Positions 29,220 through 39,929 are shown, counted from the first letter of the stretch. The stretch is DNA of 64,000 nucleotides from Methanothrix sp. (GCA_963682135.1 OY821645.1:1760001-1824000), one strand, 5' to 3'. Numbers and translations: made by a program. Notes: a model not told the origin generated them from the letters alone.

Positions 29220-29651
29220 CAAACACGCCCGTCTGGTACCTTCTGCGCAAGATCGTTTCCGCCAGATTTGAGGAGAGGGTTGGAGATGTGTATTGGTCAT
29301 TTACGATGTTTATCTTGTTTGCTTTCTTCATTTTATCCACAGCCCATGTGACGAAATTTAGCCTGGACGGATTCCAGCCGTAGAGGACGGATGTTCTGGC
29401 AATCACATAGTCCGTCAGGGTTCCCTGAACGAATCGCTCGCCTGCGGGCTTACTCTCCTCGTAGTAATTGATGGGCGAGGTTGGATATTCCTCTCTATAC
29501 CTGCCATGCTTACCGTCGAAAACGTAATCGGCGGAGACGTAGACCCGCTTAGCGCCGATATCACATGCAGCGGATGCGACATTTTTGGGCCCCAGGGCAT
29601 TAGTCCTCCATGCCCCTTATCAATCATTGCGTCACCAATGGTAATTCGCAC
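29220..29651 (-). pseudogene. rmlD: dTDP-4-dehydrorhamnose reductase remnant
   Basis: Manual translation: NALGPKNVA...YVSADYVFDG...PINYYEESK...IARTSVLYG...VNDQYTSPT; broken N terminus, truncated C terminus. Confidence 0.8.
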
Positions 29652-29688
29652 TGATTGATAGCTAATCGCTACCTAGCCATAACATGCA

Positions 29689-30597
29689 TCATTTTAGTTT
29701 AAATGCATACCTAAAGCCTAATAAGATATGAATGGATACAGTCAATATGCGATCTGCCAGGGCGATGGTCATACCGATTGTCGGGGGGACATTCTGCGCG
29801 GCCAGCATGACAGTCATGCCGCCTTCAATAAGTCCCAGTCCGGAGACAGTTATTGGGACAAGCGAAAGGGCGCTTAATAGAGGCTGCAAGAAGAAAAGCA
29901 CGTAAATCGGCACATCAAATCCGAATGCTTTTGCTATCAGAGAAGTTCTCAAAGCTTGAGTAAACCAGGCAATAATGGTTATAATAATTGATTTAATCAT
30001 TAGTCCAGATACATCATCGACAGAGTGCAACGCGATAATCATTGTGTTCGCGAATTCTTCAAGGCGCAACAGTCCCATTCGATTAATCACACGTTGCATA
30101 AATGCCCGATTGAGCCAAAAAATAAATAGTAATATCCCTATAAATAGTAGAAATGCCATTGCAGCCATAAGATGCCTGCCCGCTGATTGGTAGAGCAGAA
30201 AAAAGCCCAAGAAACCGAGAATAAAAACGGTGATAAGATCTGCGCATTTATCGATTGCCACTGAGGCAGCACCTCGGCCAATATCTATCCAATCCCTAAC
30301 TAAAAGCGGCCGGGATAGATCTCCAAGCTTTGCAGGCATAAAATCCGAGAGGAGAACTCCGGCTACGAAGGCCTGGTAGGCGACAGCCAACGGCAGGTCG
30401 GCTCTTAGTTGTAATAGTATTCTACGCCAACGGATGGATAAGATAAGCAAAGTTATGGGATAAACCAGAAGGGCCAAAGCAATATAGACAGGATTGGCAG
30501 AGATGAACACATCATAGGCTGCAAGCGGGTCGATTTTGCTTATTAGAAAAGCAATTATTACTAAGCCGATAACCAATCGGATTATGCCCTTATTCAA
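29689..30597 (-). CDS. UPF0104/LPG-synthase-TM flippase-like membrane protein
   Basis: RWRRIL, PAKLGDLSR and PITVSGLGLIEGG motifs. Confidence 0.85.
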   Translation of the reverse strand: MNKGIIRLVIGLVIIAFLISKIDPLAAYDVFISANPVYIALALLVYPITLLILSIRWRRILLQLRADLPLAVAYQAFVAGVLLSDFMPAKLGDLSRPLLVRDWIDIGRGAASVAIDKCADLITVFILGFLGFFLLYQSAGRHLMAAMAFLLFIGILLFIFWLNRAFMQRVINRMGLLRLEEFANTMIIALHSVDDVSGLMIKSIIITIIAWFTQALRTSLIAKAFGFDVPIYVLFFLQPLLSALSLVPITVSGLGLIEGGMTVMLAAQNVPPTIGMTIALADRILTVSIHILLGFRYAFKLK

Positions 30598-30762
30598 TAT
30601 TCTCAGGATTTAGCGCTCCTGTATTATCGCTTGCATTATCAGAATAGCAATTATCGATATAATCAATCCTTTGGGTGGACTGTCCAGTATTCTTCTGGCA
30701 ATAAGTTCAAGAATGCCTCATAACTTATCATAACTTAAAGATGATGTGACCGCGAATATCTC

Positions 30763-33174
30763 ATGGTGATGTGTACGATCCGAGAATTACTTATCACTTT
30801 GGTTGTCTTGGGCATAACCACGGCCTGCGCGACTGCGATCATCTTTCGTATAGCTCCCAAAGCAAGGTGGCTTACCAAGATGGCCCTCGCCTATGTTCTT
30901 GGATTTGCCGCAATCTCGCTTGGTGGTGTAGCAGCGGCCATGATCGACACTGAGCCACTTATATTTCAGTTGGCAGTCGTCCTGGCAGGATCACTGGCAT
31001 GTCTGCATGATAGAAAAATAATCATGAGCACCTGGCGCAATTCACTGGATCGCAGCGATTGGATCGTCCTTGCAATAGGATCTTTGTATATACTTATTCT
31101 GCTATTCTTCTTCGATCGTATCATAATTTGGATGGGGGGGGACGCCCTAGCTCATGCCGAGATAATACGCATGCTACTTGATGGACAGTCAGTTCCAGTA
31201 AGCATCCCGCCCCTGGGAAGCTACTGGGAGTATTACCCCAAAGGATTCCACTTTTATGCCTATCTCTGGGCGAGAGCTTTTCCCATTCTGGATGTAGTGC
31301 GGACCATTCCTATTCTGATAACGGCTGTAACCCCTATGCTGCTCTATTCGATAGTTAGGGAGCTGTACAGAAGAGATGAAGCAATAGCAATCTACGCCTT
31401 TGTCCTGGCCTGCTTTGTGTTCCCGGCTCATTACAGCAATCTTATCTGGGCGGGCTATCCCACGATTGCGGCGGAGATGATCCTGGTGGCAGCCGTTCTA
31501 TCAGTACTGGTGGATAAGAGGCTTCTGCCGATCTTGCTTCTGGGAGTTCTATTCACTCATGCGCGATTGCTGGTCATCACTGGCGGCGTATTGTTGGTCT
31601 GGCTGGCAGCGACCCGCAACAAGCGCGATATTCCGTATATCGCGACAGCCTTTGTCGCAATTATTGCGGCGGCCTGCCTGGTATTCCAGGCCCACAGACC
31701 GGAGTTCATCTTATCAATATTCACCAATCAGACTCTTGCCAGCGACTATGCAGCCCGCTGGTATCCGGCATTTCTGTCCCTCTTCGGGGCGGCCATTGCT
31801 TTGACCCGGCGCAACCGGCTCGATCGCCTGGCAATATCCTGGGCAATTGCTATGATCATTATGGTGCTCCTGGCGGATATGGGGCCGCTGACGTTTGTGG
31901 CTTCAGCTGATAGAGTGCTCCTTGGCATGTATCTGCCGTTGAGCCTTCTCGCAGCCTCTGCCATATCGAGGATGGAAGATTGCGAAGCAAAGGTCAGATC
32001 AGGATTCCTGATTATCCTCCTCTTATCAGGTACTTTAGCAATGGGCGCCGTTTTCTACAGCTATGCCGGCTCCTGGGCTATCCCCCAAGAAGATTATAAA
32101 GCGATCCAGTGGTTGAAGGATCAAAACTATAGCGATGCCGTATGCATTAACCTTGATGAGACAGGAGCCTGGATCTACCCGCTCACAGGAATCAAGGTCA
32201 CTCAACCGCGCATGGCATATGCGGCAGCCGCGTCATTCGATTGGAACTCATTTCCGCTAATTAGAGCAGATTCAGGCAGCTCTCTGTTGGATGACGTGTC
32301 GAGCAGCTTTGGAATAAGTGGCGACAAGCCCGCGGTAGGTGATTGGAACGGGGACGGAATGGATGAGATAGGAGTTCTACGAAATGGCAATTGGTACTTA
32401 GACTATAACGGCAACATAGTCTGGGATGAGTCGGGCGACGTATCGAGCAGCTTTGGAATAAGCGGCGATCAGCCTGCAGTAGGAGATTGGAACGGAGATG
32501 GCAAGGGTGAGATCGGCGTCTTCCGAAACGGCACTTGGTACCTGGACTATAATGGCAACTGCGCCTCGGACGCGGGTGACATGTCAACCTACTTCGGAAT
32601 AAGCGGCGATCAACCTGCAGTAGGAGATTGGAACGGAGATGGCAAGGGTGAGATAGGAGTTCTACGAAACGACACTTGGTACCTGGACTATAATGGCAAC
32701 TGCGCCTCGGACGCGGGTGACATGTCAACCTGCTTCGGAATAAGCGGCGATCAGCCTGCAGTAGGAGATTGGAACGGGGACGGCAAGGATGAGATCGGCG
32801 TCATCCGAAACGGCACTTGGTACCTGGACTATAATGGCAATAGAGTCGGGGACTTGGGGGACATGTCAAGCCGCTTTGGAATGAGCGGCGATCAGCCTGC
32901 AGTAGGAGATTGGAACGGAGACGGCAAGGATGAGATCGGCGTCTTCCGAAACGGCACTTGGTACCTGGACTATAATGGCAGCAAACCCGGATACCCTCGT
33001 CATTTAGTCTACATATCGAGCGTGTCGGTTTCAAGACCAGGATATAAGCCGCCCTTTGCGGAATATATTCAGGTTTATCCCACGGCAAACTTGAGCTATC
33101 CTGAAGATCTCTATGATCGGATGTACGACAAGGGAGCTTTTATCTTTGGCTTCCCGAAAGGGGCCTTTGTCTGA
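30763..33174 (+). CDS. GT-C-like polytopic membrane protein with inserted FG-GAP/VCBS-like repeats
   Basis: GGDALAH and YYPKGFH (DUF6541-like) motifs; >10 TM; 5 GDWNGDG repeats. Confidence 0.7.
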   Translation: MVMCTIRELLITLVVLGITTACATAIIFRIAPKARWLTKMALAYVLGFAAISLGGVAAAMIDTEPLIFQLAVVLAGSLACLHDRKIIMSTWRNSLDRSDWIVLAIGSLYILILLFFFDRIIIWMGGDALAHAEIIRMLLDGQSVPVSIPPLGSYWEYYPKGFHFYAYLWARAFPILDVVRTIPILITAVTPMLLYSIVRELYRRDEAIAIYAFVLACFVFPAHYSNLIWAGYPTIAAEMILVAAVLSVLVDKRLLPILLLGVLFTHARLLVITGGVLLVWLAATRNKRDIPYIATAFVAIIAAACLVFQAHRPEFILSIFTNQTLASDYAARWYPAFLSLFGAAIALTRRNRLDRLAISWAIAMIIMVLLADMGPLTFVASADRVLLGMYLPLSLLAASAISRMEDCEAKVRSGFLIILLLSGTLAMGAVFYSYAGSWAIPQEDYKAIQWLKDQNYSDAVCINLDETGAWIYPLTGIKVTQPRMAYAAAASFDWNSFPLIRADSGSSLLDDVSSSFGISGDKPAVGDWNGDGMDEIGVLRNGNWYLDYNGNIVWDESGDVSSSFGISGDQPAVGDWNGDGKGEIGVFRNGTWYLDYNGNCASDAGDMSTYFGISGDQPAVGDWNGDGKGEIGVLRNDTWYLDYNGNCASDAGDMSTCFGISGDQPAVGDWNGDGKDEIGVIRNGTWYLDYNGNRVGDLGDMSSRFGMSGDQPAVGDWNGDGKDEIGVFRNGTWYLDYNGSKPGYPRHLVYISSVSVSRPGYKPPFAEYIQVYPTANLSYPEDLYDRMYDKGAFIFGFPKGAFV
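32293..32980 (+). repeat. 5 tandem coding repeats of 141-144 bp (GDWNGDG..EIGV.RNG.WYLDYNG)
   Basis: GDW codons at 32338, 32482, 32623, 32764 and 32905. Confidence 0.95.
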
Positions 33175-33206
33175 TGCAAGCGCCATTGCCCATTATCGTA
33201 TTTTAT

Positions 33207-35852
33207 CTATGGCATTATAATTAGGTCTTGGACGGCGACGCTCAGGCATCTGCAATCGCTACTGTTAAGCTCCGGCATATCACAAGGCTTCTCGCAGCCT
33301 TCCGGCACGCGGAATCTTATTAGATTTTCGCCCCTTGTCAGGCGGATCGGTTGGGTGAGATCAGCAAATTCCGTGGTAACGTTGAGCCTGACTTCAGGAA
33401 TAGCTTCCGAGGATAGCCCCAGAGATCTGGGCCGGGCAAAACTTTGGGCCCGCAAGCTCAAATTGGCGCTGCGGTTTTCCTCAGAATATGCGATGATGGT
33501 CGCATCGTCATCCATCCAGCGAGTCAGCGTTCCGTTCCAGTTCTCTGAATCATGCCAGCCGGAGATAAATTCAATAGATGATTGATCTTTGTCTGAACCG
33601 ACATTGCTTTCCTGCAAACTCGAATTATCTCCTCTTTCGCGTATCAATAGATTGGTAATGCCCACGCTGAGACACCGGCCGTCGATGTTGTTAAGCTTAG
33701 GAATGTCGGAAGGCCTGTTGCAGCCTTCTGGCACATCAAAGCGTACCTGGTTTGTTCCGCGCTTGAGATCAATGGGCATTTGCACAGCGATGGAGCTGGT
33801 GGGCACAATTTCCTTAGCAATGAGTTTGTCCTGGCTGAATGCCTGAAGGGTTCTCTTTGTATTGAAGCTCTGCACGCGCAAGCTTAGAATCGCCTGCATT
33901 TCCCGATCCGAATATATGGTTAGAGTCGCATTGCCCTTCATCCAGCTAGCAGGCACGCCGTTCCACAGCTCCATCTGATGCCAGCCTTCGGTCCTATCAA
34001 AGCCGTAGGGGGATCGGTTGTCCTTGATTATCGTCGGCTTGTATAACTGATAACCCCTCATCGAGAAGGCCAGAGACTGGTAAGGCAATATCTTCGAAGA
34101 TATTATGTAGCTGACGTTCCTCGCATAATCTGTATAGACGCCGGAAGGATCTTCAGCGGTGGAATAGGTAACCACATTTCCTTTCGCCCAGAATTTAGTA
34201 AACGGCAGCATAACCCGGTCTCTCGTGTCGTCTTCCAGATCCATGAGTATTAAAGAGCTATCATTCGAGAGCTTCTCCAGATACGATCCTATCTGATTCT
34301 GATCATGGAATTCCTTCGAAGCGGCTAGCTCGCTGGGAATAATATATGCAGATATGATTAGAGAGACTAAGATAGTAATAAATAATAGGATAAATCGGTG
34401 TTTCCGATTATAGAGTGATAAATATAATCCTGCTAAGAAGATGGGCATTATAACCGGAACTATGGCCCAGGTGGGCATCAGAGACGCCAGATGCCTGAGA
34501 TATAATATCGGCAGGACATCTTTCCCGGTCTCATAAGGAAAGGTTAAGGCAAATAGGAAGCAAGTGGCCAGATACATCATTACGAACGCGGAAATGACCT
34601 TGAATCGGCTCTCTTTCTTTTGCCCGCTTATCCGATTCAAACCGATGAGACCAAACAAAAATATGGCAGGAACCAGAGGATCTATGTACCGTCCCATGAT
34701 CAGAAAATCGTCTCGATTGCATAAAAGAAGAAGGGAATAGCCATCGGGCAGGTCTCTTATCATCTGGTACATGAAGACGACTACAGCAATAACCATAGCT
34801 ATGCCAGAGAATAGGAAATAAATAAGCGAGAATCTCAGGGCTCTGTCATCTCTCATATCTGTCGAATTCTCATAATCGATGACATTCAGGGAAAAGCCCC
34901 TCGTGATATTCAACACAAAAGCTAGAAGTATTGCAGCACCGAGGAATACAACAAAATAGGAGGAGATCATCAAATACTCCAGCTCATGCAAGAGAAGGAT
35001 GAGGAACTCATTCAAAGAGCTAATGTTAAAAATTATATTGGTGAGATCATTTGAATAAACCTCAAACATATACTGCACTCGCCCGATATAACCCCAAATT
35101 GTTGGATTACTGCTAACAGTTATATATGATATTAAAGATACAATGACGAATAAGAAAGCTAAAAACAATCGATATTTAGATAAAATTAATTTTTTAAATG
35201 CGGGGCCTATCTTATCATATTCCAACTCAAAAATGACTGATGCCGCCAAACCGAATAGCATGGCGATGCCGCTATGCTTGGTGAAAAATAACAGTATTAC
35301 AGATAACACGGCCGCAGAGATCCAAAATCTGGTTTTGGTCCGGTAGGCTTCATGCACAAACCAGATGCTAAAGATGAACAGGGGCAGTAACAGATTTTCG
35401 CACATCAGAGAGAAGTTGTAAAGAATCAGGCATGGCAATACTGCAATGGCAATGCAGCCAACTATGGCGTAATCCTTGGAGCAATACCGCCTCATAATGA
35501 AGTAAGACGGAAACATTATAGAAGTGTTTATAATAATAGTAATTAACAACATGATATGATAAATCACGGTTTTATCAGTTGAAAAAAGGTAAGCGAAAGA
35601 TAACGAAAACGGATATAATATTGGAGCTCCAATGAAGTCGGAGCTCAATGAACTTTCAGCCATTTTGGCATAAACCATCTCATCCTGAAAGAGCCATGGA
35701 GACTGAAACTTCAGAGATACAAATGACTTAATTAGAACAATGACGAGGAAAGCAAGAAGTAACAGTAAATTCTGCCTTGCGGCCATCAGAGAGCCAAGAT
35801 GATCAATTGTTCTAGATCTGAGACGATCGAGTTCCATCGGCTTTGGCTCCAC
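33207..35852 (-). CDS. GT-C-like membrane protein with duplicated C-terminal beta-sandwich domain
   Basis: FQDEMVY acidic loop after the first TM, many TM, GRYIDP; two copies of GWH..E.WNG...VPEGC..P.D.P.LN..D.RCLSV. Confidence 0.7.
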   Translation of the reverse strand: MEPKPMELDRLRSRTIDHLGSLMAARQNLLLLLAFLVIVLIKSFVSLKFQSPWLFQDEMVYAKMAESSLSSDFIGAPILYPFSLSFAYLFSTDKTVIYHIMLLITIIINTSIMFPSYFIMRRYCSKDYAIVGCIAIAVLPCLILYNFSLMCENLLLPLFIFSIWFVHEAYRTKTRFWISAAVLSVILLFFTKHSGIAMLFGLAASVIFELEYDKIGPAFKKLILSKYRLFLAFLFVIVSLISYITVSSNPTIWGYIGRVQYMFEVYSNDLTNIIFNISSLNEFLILLLHELEYLMISSYFVVFLGAAILLAFVLNITRGFSLNVIDYENSTDMRDDRALRFSLIYFLFSGIAMVIAVVVFMYQMIRDLPDGYSLLLLCNRDDFLIMGRYIDPLVPAIFLFGLIGLNRISGQKKESRFKVISAFVMMYLATCFLFALTFPYETGKDVLPILYLRHLASLMPTWAIVPVIMPIFLAGLYLSLYNRKHRFILLFITILVSLIISAYIIPSELAASKEFHDQNQIGSYLEKLSNDSSLILMDLEDDTRDRVMLPFTKFWAKGNVVTYSTAEDPSGVYTDYARNVSYIISSKILPYQSLAFSMRGYQLYKPTIIKDNRSPYGFDRTEGWHQMELWNGVPASWMKGNATLTIYSDREMQAILSLRVQSFNTKRTLQAFSQDKLIAKEIVPTSSIAVQMPIDLKRGTNQVRFDVPEGCNRPSDIPKLNNIDGRCLSVGITNLLIRERGDNSSLQESNVGSDKDQSSIEFISGWHDSENWNGTLTRWMDDDATIIAYSEENRSANLSLRAQSFARPRSLGLSSEAIPEVRLNVTTEFADLTQPIRLTRGENLIRFRVPEGCEKPCDMPELNSSDCRCLSVAVQDLIIMP

Positions 35853-35948
35853 TGTCTACCTCGCATCTGCTCCTTTGATACGCGCTTATGGACACAAAGA
35901 TATGTGTGAAAGCAGATATTAATAAGAGTATCGGATTCTCAGCCCAAT

Positions 35949-37013
35949 TGTGTAGTCCCGAAACCTTTGACTTTATATACCCATCAAAGGGGCATGGGAA
36001 AGAAGAATAAAGTTGTAAAGCTAACAGATAGGAAGATCAGATATATCATTCGGGCCAAAAAGAGAGGCGAGAGCACCAAAAGAATCGCGGAGGATATGAA
36101 GTTAAGTCCGTCCTCTGTGAAACGTGTCTGGATGCACTGGACGAAAACCAAGATGCCCCTAAACATTAAGAAATTTGGGCGAAAGAGAATGACCCTGGAT
36201 GAAGAGTCAGTTAAGCTGATACTTGAAGTCCACAAAGAGCAAAATTTAGGCGCAAGACGACTGGAAAAGATCATCGAGTTCACACATGGAACGCATATCC
36301 CTCACAATGCTATTCATAAGGAACTGCTATCTCATGGCTTGGCCAATGTGAACCGCAACAAATCGAAGCGCAGAAAACCCTGGATTAGGTTCGAACGCAA
36401 GCACAGCCTGTCCATGGTGCATCTGGATTGGCATACAAGCATTCACGATGGAAAAAAGGTGTTCATCTGCTTGGTCCTTGATGATAGTTCGCGGCGCATT
36501 CTCGCGGGCGGGGAGTTCGATGCCGAAACAACAGATAACGCTTTGCTACTCCTCAAAGAAGCCATGGGCAGATTTGGCTGGCTGACAAGTATTGAGCAGG
36601 TGCTGACCGACAGAGGGACACAATTCTATGCAAACAAGCGAGACAAGAACGGCGATGCTGATAGCAGATTTGAAGATTTTCTTGAGGCGAATAAAATCAA
36701 GCATATCAAGGCTCGCGTTAAGCATCCTCAGACCAATGGAAAACTGGAAAAATGGAACGACACTTATGAACGTAACAGGTTTAGATTCGAGAATTTTGAC
36801 AATTTCATGAATTGGTATAATACAGTTAGATTTCATGAGTCCCTTGATACAAAATGGTATCTACAGACGCCAGATATCGCATTCTGGTCAAGATTGCCAG
36901 AAGGATGCAAATTGGGAATGTTCCTGAATCGGATGGAGACTGAATTAAATGGTTGATAAAGAATTTAATTTGCGGACCGGAGTATATAAAGTCCAAACAT
37001 TCGGGACTATACA
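35949..37013 (+). mobile_element. IS481-family insertion sequence
   Basis: 32-bp imperfect TIRs (tgtgtagtcccgaa.../...ttcgggactataca); 15-bp direct repeat gattctcagcccaat at 35934-35948 and 37014-37028. Confidence 0.9.
35994..36956 (+). CDS. IS481-family DDE transposase
   Basis: HLDWH, LTDRGTQF and HPQTNGKLE motifs. Confidence 0.92.
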   Translation: MGKKNKVVKLTDRKIRYIIRAKKRGESTKRIAEDMKLSPSSVKRVWMHWTKTKMPLNIKKFGRKRMTLDEESVKLILEVHKEQNLGARRLEKIIEFTHGTHIPHNAIHKELLSHGLANVNRNKSKRRKPWIRFERKHSLSMVHLDWHTSIHDGKKVFICLVLDDSSRRILAGGEFDAETTDNALLLLKEAMGRFGWLTSIEQVLTDRGTQFYANKRDKNGDADSRFEDFLEANKIKHIKARVKHPQTNGKLEKWNDTYERNRFRFENFDNFMNWYNTVRFHESLDTKWYLQTPDIAFWSRLPEGCKLGMFLNRMETELNG

Positions 37014-37111
37014 GATTCTCAGCCCAATCGACCGAAATTTCCGAGATCCGAAATGATGGTTATTTTATTATTTTACAGGTATCATGCACAGCGTTGCAGT
37101 TGGGCTTCCTC

Positions 37112-37870
37112 TCAGAATAAGGACGCTAACAAGAGAGTCACCAGCCCCATAGCAATACAGAACCTTGAGAAGTTAACCTTTTCCGCGAATCTGATCAAAA
37201 GATCCATGCAAAGGTATCCTGTGACAAAGGACGCCAAAATCGCCAGAGCAACAGACCCGGGGGGCACAGCGGTAACGGAATGATCCAGGACTAACGCGCC
37301 CAGGACGGCAGGCACGCTTATCATGAAGGAGATGACCAGAGCCATATCCTGCCGGATGTTCCTTATGAGAAGCACAGTGAGCGTTGTCCCGGATCGAGAT
37401 ACACCCGGCAAAATGGAGAAACCCTGGGCCAGTCCCAGTAGAATCATATCGGTGGTTTTCATATCCTCGATGCTCCTGGATCCGGACCCTTTGAACCTGA
37501 GAAGCAGCCCGGTAATAATTAGCAGGCCTCCAATCAACAGTGTGGCTTCTTTACCCCCGTTGAAACTCTCTTTGAAAAGGAAGTAAAGCGGCATTCCGGT
37601 TATGCCTGTAAAGATCGTGCAGACAACCAGGATTCTGGTCATGCGGGAGTGTATGTTCTTTAGCACATCCAAGAACTCGCCTCTGAACTTGACCAGGACT
37701 GCAGACATGGTGCCGATGTGGAGCAGAATGGAGTAAGAAAGGGCCTCTGCAGGGGTGATGCCCAGCCACTTCATCATGACAAGCATTGTCTGGCCTTCGC
37801 TGCTTATCGGTATCCATTCTGTTATCCCCTGGAGCATCCCCAGTAAAACCACCTGTATTGCATCCATCAT
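37112..37870 (-). CDS. uppP: Undecaprenyl(polyprenyl)-diphosphate phosphatase, BacA type
   Basis: QGITEWIPISSEG and PGVSRSG motifs. Confidence 0.9.
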   Translation of the reverse strand: MMDAIQVVLLGMLQGITEWIPISSEGQTMLVMMKWLGITPAEALSYSILLHIGTMSAVLVKFRGEFLDVLKNIHSRMTRILVVCTIFTGITGMPLYFLFKESFNGGKEATLLIGGLLIITGLLLRFKGSGSRSIEDMKTTDMILLGLAQGFSILPGVSRSGTTLTVLLIRNIRQDMALVISFMISVPAVLGALVLDHSVTAVPPGSVALAILASFVTGYLCMDLLIRFAEKVNFSRFCIAMGLVTLLLASLF

Positions 37871-38067
37871 CACATAGGAAATCTCAGGAAATATATCATA
37901 GTTTTGAAGGATGGCATCAACCAAAGGAGTACCCCGTTCGGCGAAAGAGAGAATTGCAGAGAAGATAGACTGCTAAATCAGCAATCAAAGCAATTGTCGC
38001 TCATGCCGTCATCTTTTGCAGATAGGCAAGCTTAATATACTGTAACACCAATCGACGGCTTGATATT

Positions 38068-39057
38068 ATGGAGATTGTGATCACTCTCTGCGTGCTCGTT
38101 AGTTTCCTGGCCACCTGGGTAGTTGCCAGGAAGTGGATTCGCAAAGCACCGGAGATCGGCCTCCTCGGCTTCGACATGAACAAGCCCGGCATGCCCAAGG
38201 TGGCCGAGATGGGAGGAATTTGCGTTGTCTTTGGATTCGTTCTGGGCATACTCATCTACATCGGCCTGATGACATTTTATCTGCACATGCAGGATTATGT
38301 GGCGATTCTGGCCGTGCTCGCTACCATACTCAGCATGTGCATAATCGGCATGATGGACGATCTGTTGGGCTGGAAGAAGGGGCTGCGACAGTGGCAGAAA
38401 CCGATCTTCACTCTCTTTGCCGCCATGCCGATGATGGTAATTAACGCAGGACATTCCACCATGAACCTGCCGATCATAGGTGTTGTGGATTGGGGCATCA
38501 TGTATCCACTCTTGATAGTCCCCATCGGAATAGTAGGAGCTTCAAATGCGTACAACATGGTGGCAGGATATAATGGTCTGGAAGCTGGAATGGGGGTAAT
38601 AATACTATCCACACTTGGCTATTTTGCATTTATTAACGCCAAACAAAGTGCTATGATGCTGGCCATATGCATGGTCTGCGCGCTGATGGCATTCCTGTAT
38701 TTCAATTGGTATCCTGCTAAGGTATTTCCTGGCGATACGATGACCTACTCCGTGGGAGCGCTGGCCGCATGCGTTGCCATATTAGGGGATATGGAGAAGA
38801 TCGCAGTTGTGCTCTTCCTGCCCTATGCTTTCGACTTCATCATTCAGGCAACGGGCGGGTTTCGCAAGGAAGCGTTCGCCAAAGTAAACGAGGACGCAAG
38901 CCTGGAGAAACCTTATAAAGGATTATATCACCTCACGCATCTGGCAATAGTGGTGTTGATGCAGTTAAAGAGCAAGGTGTATGAGAGAGACGTGGTGCTA
39001 TTCTTGTGCGGGATAGAGATGGCTATAGCAGGATTGTGTGGTTATATATATTTATAA
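38068..39057 (+). CDS. Polyprenyl-phosphate HexNAc-1-phosphate transferase (GPT/AglH/WecA-like)
   Basis: DMNK, GMMDD, NAYNMVAGYNGLE and VFPGD motifs. Confidence 0.9.
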   Translation: MEIVITLCVLVSFLATWVVARKWIRKAPEIGLLGFDMNKPGMPKVAEMGGICVVFGFVLGILIYIGLMTFYLHMQDYVAILAVLATILSMCIIGMMDDLLGWKKGLRQWQKPIFTLFAAMPMMVINAGHSTMNLPIIGVVDWGIMYPLLIVPIGIVGASNAYNMVAGYNGLEAGMGVIILSTLGYFAFINAKQSAMMLAICMVCALMAFLYFNWYPAKVFPGDTMTYSVGALAACVAILGDMEKIAVVLFLPYAFDFIIQATGGFRKEAFAKVNEDASLEKPYKGLYHLTHLAIVVLMQLKSKVYERDVVLFLCGIEMAIAGLCGYIYL

Positions 39058-39080
39058 AAAAACGTGCCTGAGGCTGTATA

Positions 39081-39911
39081 ATGGATGATGAAATTGATCT
39101 GCGTGATATATTCGGTGTTCTCTGGAAGAGGCGCCTCCTGATCATCGGCGTCTTTGTGGTAGCTGTCCTGGCGGCAGGCGTGATAAGCTTCGTCATGCCA
39201 CCTACATATGAGGTCTCCGGCATTGTCGCCCTGGGCAACTTTGGTGAGCCTATCTATACAGACCAGGCAGCTGCAACGGATATCATGCTGAGCGATGAAT
39301 TTCTTTTAGATTTAATTGGAAAACTCAACCTCAGCATAACTCCGGGCAACTACAGTGGATTTAAGGAAAGCATCAAAATCGAACCTGTAAAAGGAACGGA
39401 TAGCCTCCTTATGATCTCTATTGAGACAAAGGACAAGCAGCAAGGGATTGAGGTCATCGACGGGATTGTGCGCCTCTTCGCCAACCGCAGCGAAGTAAGC
39501 TACAATAAACAAATGAAGATCCTGTCAGACCAGTTGGCAGTCACTGATGAAAACCTGAATATAATTGAGGGGGATATAAATCAAACTCGAGACGTGCTCA
39601 AAGGCGTCGTAGAGGTATCAGGTGAGAGCGCAGGTACATTTTCGATTGATAACGAAGTGCGCGTCTCGCGTACTTTAGATTATTTACAGGCAGAAGAGAC
39701 CAGGCGCTCGGCACTAATTGATCGCGATTTAGACCTTAAAAAGCAATTGACTTTGTCGAGGCACCTGGATGTCGTGCAAAAGCCAACCGAACCCCTCGCA
39801 CCCATATGGCCTAAGAAGGCCCTGATTGTGGCCGTTGCAGGGATCCTCGGCCTGATGATAGGCATATTTGCGGCGTTCCTGAGGGAGGGGCTCGGGAAGC
39901 GGACAGGGTGA
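39081..39911 (+). CDS. wzz: Wzz-like polysaccharide co-polymerase
   Basis: DEIDLRDIFGVLWKRR N terminus, coiled coil, P..PIWPKKALIVAVAGILGLMIG C-terminal TM. Confidence 0.85.
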   Translation: MDDEIDLRDIFGVLWKRRLLIIGVFVVAVLAAGVISFVMPPTYEVSGIVALGNFGEPIYTDQAAATDIMLSDEFLLDLIGKLNLSITPGNYSGFKESIKIEPVKGTDSLLMISIETKDKQQGIEVIDGIVRLFANRSEVSYNKQMKILSDQLAVTDENLNIIEGDINQTRDVLKGVVEVSGESAGTFSIDNEVRVSRTLDYLQAEETRRSALIDRDLDLKKQLTLSRHLDVVQKPTEPLAPIWPKKALIVAVAGILGLMIGIFAAFLREGLGKRTG

Positions 39912-39929
39912 GGGAGAACGTCAGGCAAG

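Noticed and set aside
32293-32980. Regular repeats as a CRISPR array or DGR template/variable pair
   Set aside because: Units are 141-144 bp, in frame, with no unique spacers; no cas or reverse transcriptase gene; differences are not adenine-specific
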